NCBI GenBank assembly: GCA_951406725.2
Contig: OX597816.1
Location: forward strand, 66,960,001 to 67,024,000
Source of the DNA: Octopus vulgaris
Taxonomy: Eukaryota
DNA: 64,000 nt
Direction of reading: 5' to 3'
Part shown: piece after piece, positions 56,241-64,000 of the stretch
Layout of the letters: every line of letters begins with the position of its first letter
How positions within the stretch are numbered: position 1 is the first letter of the stretch
Translations under genes and position numbers: made by a program
Notes under the pieces: model-generated
Database searches by the model: none
The model's input: the letters and a program-made list of their open reading frames with translations, nothing else
Told to the model about the DNA's origin: nothing

Positions 56241-59200
56241 CTACAGGATCATGCTCAAAATGGTTTCGTTACTAGCACGCACCATCTTTGCAACATTCAC
56301 CCATCTTTTATTGAATCTTTCGCGAGACAAAACTTCCCTCTCCATTCTCACCTTCCTTTTCAAGTGGTACTTGAAAAAGTTGATGAGCGAATGGCCAGAG
56401 AGGTAAGTGTTTGTCTCTAATCCTTTCGCTCGAGTCCACCACACACATTCTTTCACCATGGCCACCAGTACGATGAAAACTGCCTTGCCTTCCCGGTTGA
56501 GGGAAGGGGGCGGAGCAATTCTCACGATAGACTCGGCCGATAGGCGGATTCGTCCCACACGTGACAGCAGCCGTTCGGCATAAGCCCACAGGTCGGAAAT
56601 GGTTGGACATTGCACGAGTGCGTGCAGAACGGTTTCGTCGCTCTGACCGCATCTCGGGCAAGTCGGTCCAGTGTGTCTGGAACCGTGTCTGTAGAGCTTA
56701 TCCCGAACAGGTAATGCTTCTCGATAGCACTGCCAGGCCAGGGATCTTTGGTGATTGTTCATAGGTCCCGGCCCGAAAGTTGTCCTGAACAGGCGGGTCA
56801 GGTGTTCCTCGTCGACGCCCAGACTCTGCCCGAGTTCGTCGTCGCACCTCCCCTCCACTAATCCTCTATAGAATGCCTTTGTTGTGATGGAGTCGCACAA
56901 GTTCGATCCCGGACGGCAGAGTTGCTTGAGAGCAACGCGACACTCACGGTGCCATTCGCCTAGCCTCGGTCTCTGCTTGATCCATGACTGTAGTTCGTCC
57001 AAGGAGACGAGCTGCGGGAAAGCGCGCCGCACAAAAGGCGACCACCCCTGTTCACCGTTGTCTATGAAGCGCCGGAGATGTCGCAGTCTCAGCGCATGTC
57101 TGCGCATCATCAACCACGGCATGCCCAGCCCTCCATTTAGCGGGTGTTGGCAGCAAATGGATCGCCTGACCATCGGAACGTTTCCCTTCCACAAGAAGCG
57201 GAAGAGTATGCGTTCCAGTTTGGTGATGGTAGGGTCGGGACAAGGCACGACGGTCAGACGGTACTCGATGACGGATGCGATGTACGCGTTCGCCACCTCC
57301 GCCCGACCTTTTAGGGATAGCTTTCTCTCAGTCCATTTCTGGGTGAGAGTAGCCACCCTAGTCGTTATCTCGCCCCAGTTCTTCTCCATTTGGAGGTCCG
57401 GACCGAACCAGACCCCGAGCAATTTAACCGGTCCGTCCGTCCAGCGTCCCACGATGGAGACGCTGTTGGACGGCATGGGCTTGCTTCTCCAGGTGCCGAG
57501 CCGCAAGCCCACTGACTTTTCCCGGTTAATTTTTGCTCCCGTTACCGCTTCGTATTCTTTCAGTGTCTCGCCGACCAGCTCGATGTGCTCGTAGCTCGAC
57601 ACTATGACGGTGACGTCATCCGCGTATGCAGACACGCTCCTCCCGCATCCCAGCTCTCGTGGGATGCCCCTCAGCGTCGCCAGTTTCCGCAGTAGTGGCT
57701 CAAGAGTCAGTACATACAGCAGCGATGAGAGGGGGCATCCTTGACGAACCGAACGCATGATGTTAAAAGGTCTGGATAGATGACCATTTACGCGAACTAC
57801 TGAGCGGATGCCGCTGTATAAGGCAGCGATCCAACTGCGGAAAACTGGACCGAAACCAGCCGCTTTGAGGACAGCCTCCAAGTAGTGATGGTCTACCCTA
57901 TCGAAGGCTTTTGATTGATCCAAATTGATCAGCGCCCCACCCATGCCAGGATTTTTAACTACCCTGTCTATGATGTAGCGCATCAGATGGAGGTTGTCAT
58001 GAATACTTCTACCCGGCACGGCGCATGTTTGCGCCTTGTCGATTAGTTTCTTGATGACAAGCGCCAACCTCTCGGCTAACACCTTGGCCAAAATTTTCAA
58101 ATCTGCGTTGAGCAGAGTGATGGGCCTGAAATTATCTATGACGTCCCCCTTGTTTGGGTCTTTCTTGATCAGTGTCACTGCTCCTCGCTTTACAAAAGCA
58201 GGAATACTCCCGTTCTGCTGCCAGTTGCAGTAGACAGCTGCCAAGACGCCTCCAAACAAGTCTGGCATATGAAAATAAAATTCGTAGGGCAGACCATCCA
58301 AGCCTGGTGACTTGTCTCTCGCGCAGCCTACCATCGCATCCTGTACGTCCGCAGCTGTGATAGGCTTTTCACAAGACTCCACCTCCCTTGCTGAGAGTCG
58401 TGGCAAGGCATGCAGGTAGGCACTAAAGTCCACTCTGCTTTCTGACTCACCACTTGTCCCAAACAGTTGGGTGAAGTGTTGTTGAAAAACCCCACACATC
58501 CTTTTAGGCTCGAGTAATTCGCGCCCCTGTTCATCTATAAGAGACTTGATGGTGGCTCTGTTGCCTCGTTGCGTCTCCACCACTCGGGCCTCTTGGGCGG
58601 CTCCAACTCCTTCGTTCCTCAGAGCACGCATCCTAGCTCTGACAACGCATCCCTCGTGTTTGGCGTTGAGGTGTTGGTCGAGGGCCAATCTCGCCGCCAG
58701 TACGTTGGACGCGATGCCAGTTCTAAGTGCCTCTTCTAAAACCTTAACTAATTCTCCCTCTACTCTATTTCGGTCTAATGCTAGGGCTCTACTGTATCTG
58801 ACTGATTCTGCTTTAATCGCTTTTTTTAGGGAATACCACCATCTGTTGTTGATGATGGTACCCGTCAAAGCTCTCTTAACTAATGTGCTGATCCGGTCCC
58901 TGTAAACCTGTCGTGCTGTAAAAGACGCGTTCAGTTTCCAGTAACCAGGACCCTGCCTATGTGTCTTATCTAAGTCAAGTGTACAAGTCACAAACTTGTG
59001 ATCTGTGTAACTGACTATATGAAATTGTGGACAACCTACACTATTTTTATCTATTGTCCTACAGAATACTCTATCTAAGTATGATCTGGACGACCCGATG
59101 CGGTTACTCCATGTCCACATTGGCACATTCGGGTGGTCCAGTCGGTACCTGTCAGACAGTTGGAAACGTCTGAGCAGGTCTTTGAGGCATTTGCATCCCC

Positions 59201-59678
59201 TTCTATTGCTATCTCTGCCCACGTAGTCTAGATGCGTGTCCAGGGTGGCATTCCAATCCCCCACTAAAAGTAAAGGACGAGACGTTCCCATGAAAGACTC
59301 TAGACGTCGAAAGAAATCTGGTCGGCCTGTTAAGGACGGAGCATAAACTGCTATCAGTCGAAAAGCACACTCATTGCTGCCATCGACATCCAAAACGACC
59401 AGCCTACCCTCCGGGTCTAGGAAATTTGCTCTTACTTTGAGATCCAGACTCTTCCGGATAAGCACCGCGGTGCCACCTCCGCCCATTCTCGGTAGACACG
59501 GAGAAAAATAAATGTTGAAATGTGTACCGAAAATGTGCTGGAGTGCCCGCAAGCTGTGGAGTCTGGTCTCACTGATGGCTATGATATTCAGATTTAGTGA
59601 CTTGATGTCATTTAACAGGTAGCCTTGTTTCCAAGGCGACCCCAAGCCACGTACATTTATACTACCTATTCTGAGCAT
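56241..59678 (-). CDS. LINE ORF2: AP endonuclease, reverse transcriptase and C-terminal zinc finger (1145 aa from the first ATG)
   Basis: Uninterrupted. APE motifs NVRGL, ISET, VYAP, GDWN, LDRVF, TDH; Tx1-type GPGYWKLN; RT motifs KSPGLDG, FRPITLLN, DQSKAFD, RQGCPLS, YADD; CPRC-x8-H-x4-C. Confidence 0.95.
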   Translation of the reverse strand: MLRIGSINVRGLGSPWKQGYLLNDIKSLNLNIIAISETRLHSLRALQHIFGTHFNIYFSPCLPRMGGGGTAVLIRKSLDLKVRANFLDPEGRLVVLDVDGSNECAFRLIAVYAPSLTGRPDFFRRLESFMGTSRPLLLVGDWNATLDTHLDYVGRDSNRRGCKCLKDLLRRFQLSDRYRLDHPNVPMWTWSNRIGSSRSYLDRVFCRTIDKNSVGCPQFHIVSYTDHKFVTCTLDLDKTHRQGPGYWKLNASFTARQVYRDRISTLVKRALTGTIINNRWWYSLKKAIKAESVRYSRALALDRNRVEGELVKVLEEALRTGIASNVLAARLALDQHLNAKHEGCVVRARMRALRNEGVGAAQEARVVETQRGNRATIKSLIDEQGRELLEPKRMCGVFQQHFTQLFGTSGESESRVDFSAYLHALPRLSAREVESCEKPITAADVQDAMVGCARDKSPGLDGLPYEFYFHMPDLFGGVLAAVYCNWQQNGSIPAFVKRGAVTLIKKDPNKGDVIDNFRPITLLNADLKILAKVLAERLALVIKKLIDKAQTCAVPGRSIHDNLHLMRYIIDRVVKNPGMGGALINLDQSKAFDRVDHHYLEAVLKAAGFGPVFRSWIAALYSGIRSVVRVNGHLSRPFNIMRSVRQGCPLSSLLYVLTLEPLLRKLATLRGIPRELGCGRSVSAYADDVTVIVSSYEHIELVGETLKEYEAVTGAKINREKSVGLRLGTWRSKPMPSNSVSIVGRWTDGPVKLLGVWFGPDLQMEKNWGEITTRVATLTQKWTERKLSLKGRAEVANAYIASVIEYRLTVVPCPDPTITKLERILFRFLWKGNVPMVRRSICCQHPLNGGLGMPWLMMRRHALRLRHLRRFIDNGEQGWSPFVRRAFPQLVSLDELQSWIKQRPRLGEWHRECRVALKQLCRPGSNLCDSITTKAFYRGLVEGRCDDELGQSLGVDEEHLTRLFRTTFGPGPMNNHQRSLAWQCYREALPVRDKLYRHGSRHTGPTCPRCGQSDETVLHALVQCPTISDLWAYAERLLSRVGRIRLSAESIVRIAPPPSLNREGKAVFIVLVAMVKECVWWTRAKGLETNTYLSGHSLINFFKYHLKRKVRMEREVLSRERFNKRWVNVAKMVRASNETILSMIL

Positions 59679-59720
59679 GTTCCGATAAAAGTGCAAAAAA
59701 GGAAAAGGAGAGAGAAAAGG

Positions 59721-61858
59721 TTACTTGTTTTCCGAAAGTTCTTTGTCTTTCACCTCACGGTCTTCTTCTATGAGGCTTTTATACAGTTTTTTTGATGAGT
59801 ACTTTTGAAATCTCCCTACTGCATCAGGGTAAAGAGATTTCAGGGTGCTGTATGTGTTCTGTGTCACGTGTATTATTTTAATGTGTTGTGGTGGTGTTGT
59901 GTGTGGGTGGTTACTTGTTTTTATGTCGTTTTCAGTAATGTTAGTGTTTGACCTAATGTGTTCCATTAGGTCGTGGTTGTTTGTGTTTATGGCTGTCAAC
60001 ATTTTTGGGGGGTTTGATGATGGTGTGTTTGTGTTGATGTGTGTGTTTTCTGTGGATGTTTTTGTTTCGGGAGTGGTGTATCTTCCCGCTTTGTTTGTTA
60101 TTTTTTCTTTTCTTTTTTTTCCCCTTTTTCTTCTCCCCCCTGTGGCTATTTGCCAATCTTCCGTGTCTTCTTCGTCTAATGACAGATCAGACGAATCGGA
60201 GTCTGGAAGAGGGAAAGTATTGGGGTCTATTGTCGACTGTGTTGGTTTTGTTGTTGGTGTTGGTTGGTGAGCGTTTGGTTGTGGTGTGTGCGGTTTTGGA
60301 TGTGGGGTTTGGGTATTTTGTGTTTGAGTGATTGTGGGTATTGTTGTGTTGTTTAGGGTCTCAATTTTGTGGGGATTTGGAGTTGTAATTGTTTCTTCAT
60401 TTATGCTGGGTGTCTTTTTGGCAGATGTCCTTGGTTTGGGAGTTGGTATATTCTTGGTTGTTGTTGTTGGTGATGCTGCTTCTGTTCTTGGTGCTGCAGT
60501 TGGTGTGGTTGTTTGTTTGGTGAGGTTTGTTCCTGCAAAAAGTGGTGTGGGTAGTAGACCTTGTTTATTTGTTTTTGTTTCCGGCTGCTGTTGTTTTCTT
60601 GCGGCAGATTTGCAGTCTTTTTTGAGATGTTGCTCACTGCCGCATATGTAGCAACGTGGTCTTCTGCCATCGACGACCACATATAACTTGTGGTCGTCTG
60701 ATACACATATCTGGGTGGGTATTTTTTTTATATCTTCATGATGTATATGTAGAAGAAATTCTATTTTCTTTCCCACCCAGTTTTTATGCTCTGTGACTGT
60801 GGTTTCCAAAATAGTATAATTCGCCATTTTTATGCATAAAGCCTTTACAAGCCATAGACTATTGGCTATTTTGGGGACATTGTTTAGAGTGATCTTAGTC
60901 ACTTTCTGTCCCCGATAGCTTGGTGTAAGTTGGAGTTCATCTGAGTGAAGAGTTAGCGTTGAGAAATGTCTAGCTAACTCTTCGGTGTAGAAAACGACTT
61001 GTATGTGGGCAAATTTGTTCCACCAGGTTACATATTCTTTGTGATCCCAGATGGGTTTCAGGCACTTCTCTATTTTGCCTGTGTTGGCCTTCTCTGGGAT
61101 TTTTGTTTTTTGTTAACTATTTTATAAATGATTGTTCGTCTTTTTTCATTTTCCAAAATATCTTCTGGTATGTTAATTTTTACGATACCTTCTGATTCTG
61201 TTATTTTGATGTTCGTGTCCTGTAATTGTTGAGCCGTAAAGTATATTGTTGTTTTTTTTTCTTTAATCGCCTCAGCGAAATTTGTTGTTGTTTTGCTATT
61301 GTTGTTGCTTGTGGTGATGTTGTTGGCTGCAGTTTGTAAAATTGGTGTGTTAGGTTCGATCGTGCAAGTAGGAAGGGGTGGAAAATTGCCTGCGTACTTT
61401 AGTCCTGCACTAGGGCAAAATTCGACATTTCGTTTGCTTGTCGTCGTTATTTTTTCACTTGTTGGTGATGGAGTGAGCAGTGGTTGAAGGGAGTTGTTGT
61501 TGTCGTCGTTGTTGTTGTTGTTATTGTCGTTCTTGGTGACGGCTGTGGTGTTGGTAGTATTTGTAGCATTGACGGCACGGTCTTTGGTGGCGGTGATGGT
61601 GATGTTGGTGTTGTTATTGGTGGCAATATCTTTAGTAGGGATAGCAGTTTTAGTAGCAGATTCTGCCATGGTGTTGGTGGTGGTGGTGGACTCACTGATG
61701 GTGTTGACGGTGCTTGGCCTTGCGACCTTTGTTTTGTATTTGTTGCTGTTGGTGGTGGTGGAGTTGTCAGGTTCGGCGTATGCTAACAGAGCATCCTGTT
61801 TTTCTGTTTCTCCGTCACGCTTGACTTGCAACTCAGCCTCGTGGTGGTCAGTGGCCAT
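59721..61858 (-). CDS. LINE ORF1, gag-like with CCHC zinc knuckle, one frameshift at ~61106-61111 (~712 aa if repaired)
   Basis: ATG (MATDHH) at 61858; adding one A to the A6 run joins the 304-aa and 393-aa ORFs through an open linker; CYICGSEQHLKKDC knuckle; T/P-rich and basic C-terminus. Confidence 0.85.
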
Positions 61859-62080
61859 TTTGGAAATAAAATGGCTAAATGAAACCACGAAGGCTATGAG
61901 AATTTTTCTTTTAAATTTTGCCCACAAGGGGCAAAATTTTGTGTCGATATTTATCAAAGGTTTACAGTGGATGTTGTTGTACAACTTTTAAGCAAAAAAT
62001 GTTTGTCAATATACACTTTTAAATAGTCAAAATAAATGATTACCTTCGGAGCCGAAGCGACATCACATCCGTCAGTCAAG

Positions 62081-62125
<45 letters not shown>

Positions 62126-62282
62126 CACATAACGGACTTCTTTAATTTTCCGTCTACCAAATCCACTCAAGGCTTTGGTCGGCTCGAGGTTATAGTAAAA
62201 GATACTTGCCCAAAGGCTCACGCAGCGGGGCTGAACACGGAACCACGTGATTAGGAAGCAAGTTTCTTACCACGCAGCCACT
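62126..62282 (-). mobile_element. SINE family B, 5' half, separated from its 3' half by the Tx1 LINE
   Basis: Colinear with 38770-38925. Confidence 0.8.
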
Positions 62283-63254
62283 ATCTGTAGATAGAATCGT
62301 TTCTGATAATTTTATGATAGTCTTAATGTTAATTTAGATTTTCTCTAAGGTTCTGTGATCTCTCCAGATCACTGCTCACTCTACATAAATAACCTTGAAA
62401 TACAGATATCATTTCAACATGCATCTAACTCTAAAACAACTTTCTCTACCTCTCAAACATACGCAAATAAGCAATATCATTAACTCTTACGCTTAACAGC
62501 TCGTTAGCCAACTCAGCATTGAAAGCTAACGCATCGTTAATTAACAATTTCTAATAATGGCACAAGGCCAATAATTTCGCGGGAAAAGTTGGTTAATTAA
62601 ATCGACTCCGGTAATTTGTCAATAATTTATTTTACTAACTCCGAAGAGGCAAAAGATAATGATGATCTCGGTCGGGAGTTGTAAATAAATATCACAATGT
62701 ATTTTCCTCGACGCTGTAACTATTGTGTCAATCCACCACCGTCAATGCATCCTTTATTAATAAGTGCTTTGAGATAAGCAGGATCAAATGGTCAAAAGGC
62801 TTTGTGGTATTTAATCAAATTTTTTACTTATCTTTTCAGATCTAATCTCAGTCGGTTCAGATTTGCTAATCATCCTTCTAGGATCCATAAAATCAGCAAG
62901 TGTCTAGTACTGAGGGCAATTTAACCGAATGTTACCTCGCCTAAAATGTCAGCCGATTATAAGGATTGTGTAATTGTACAGAGGCTCTCACGTTGGCTTA
63001 TTCCGTTGTTGTCAAAATTAGGTAAGCACTGACTGAGCAGAACTATTAATAAACGCGTTTCAGTCGTAACCGTCCCGACTCTTACATCCAAACAATGTAT
63101 ATAATACTTTATTAAGCAATCTGAATTTGTGATTCGAGAGAGATTTGCTGCTATTTTAGCAAGTTTAGCAGCCATGATCGACACCCTAATGTTGTTTAAA
63201 CTCTCTTTTAGTAAATGAATGATTAAAAGTATTCCACTCATAACAATCAATTTT

Positions 63255-63563
63255 TATTTTTATTTATGCGCCCTTTTCAAGCCTAGCCAGGCTCATGGGC
63301 CCGGTTTCTGTGGCGTATGTGTACCCCCCAGCTGGACGGGACGCCAGTCCATCGCAGCGTTACTCAAGAAACAGGAAGAGATAGTGAGAGAAAGTTGGGG
63401 CGAAAGAGTACAACAGGAGTCGCCCCCCCCCCCCCTGCCGGAGCCTCGTGGAGCTTTAGGTGTTTCCGCTCAATAAACACATACAACGCCCGATCTGGGA
63501 ATCGAAACCGCGATCCTCCGACCGCGAGTCCGCTGCCCTAACCACTCGGTCATTGCGCCTCCA
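63255..63563 (-). mobile_element. SINE family C
   Basis: Closely similar to 18590-18903. Confidence 0.9.
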
Positions 63564-64000
63564 CCATAACAACCAAGTCTTTCCTTACTTCGGACAAGGT
63601 ATCTTAAAGTACATTATTCTTCCTCCTTTTAAGACAGTGGGATATGTTATATGAGGGATATTTGGCTATTTTAATTAGGCTAAGAAACCAGGTAGAAATT
63701 CCTACGTTAACTCTTATAGTGCATAGTTGTTTACAGCAATATAATGAAACTGCACAAGGGATTTATTGTACAACTGAGTTGAATAAGTTAGCGGAAGTTG
63801 AATATTTTAACTATACGACACTGCACAGAGATCGTTTAGGAAATCCATAAACATTTTATCAATTAGCTCGATGCATTAACGATTCGACCAGGTTGTTCAT
63901 CTCCTCCATTTACATAACAGGACTCAAATCATTCTCTTTAGAATAACAAGTGCAAAGTATCTAACTACCAACAACTTGGGTGTGGTAATGTAGTAACATG

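Larger units (their letters stand above)
55940..62080 (-). mobile_element. Full-length Tx1-clade LINE, ~6.14 kb
   Basis: 5' UTR ~220 nt, ORF1, 42-nt spacer, ORF2, ~300-nt 3' UTR with AATAAA; (GATA)n at 55906-55939 and 62081-62125. Confidence 0.93.

Noticed and set aside
56308-61991. Overlapping and antisense ORFs within the LINE (e.g. 236 aa at 56884-57594)
   Set aside because: Shadow frames of ORF1 and ORF2 with no motifs

Overview
AT-rich eukaryotic DNA, dense in microsatellites and repeats, with no recognisable host exon. It is intergenic or lies in a long intron. The repeat make-up suggests an octopus-type cephalopod genome (inference). Nearly all listed ORFs are artefacts of (CA)n, (TA)n, (GA)n or trinucleotide repeats. 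The only long real coding sequence is a full-length ~6.1 kb Tx1-clade LINE on the minus strand (55940-62080), with an intact APE-RT-zinc finger ORF2 and a CCHC ORF1 broken by one frameshift. It sits inside a (GATA)n array that itself lies inside a SINE. Its last 38 nt match the 3' tail of an abundant tRNA-derived SINE in this window (32/38), suggesting a Tx1 LINE/SINE partnership. The window also holds a Penelope-like insertion with 370-bp inverted arms each carrying a minimal hammerhead ribozyme, several short hammerhead-like elements, many fold-back hairpins beside microsatellites, two non-autonomous Helitrons, decayed RTE, R4/Dong, HERO, mariner and hAT remnants, and four to five SINE families. 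Family and clade names come from remembered motifs, not a database search. Boundaries of decayed elements are approximate.
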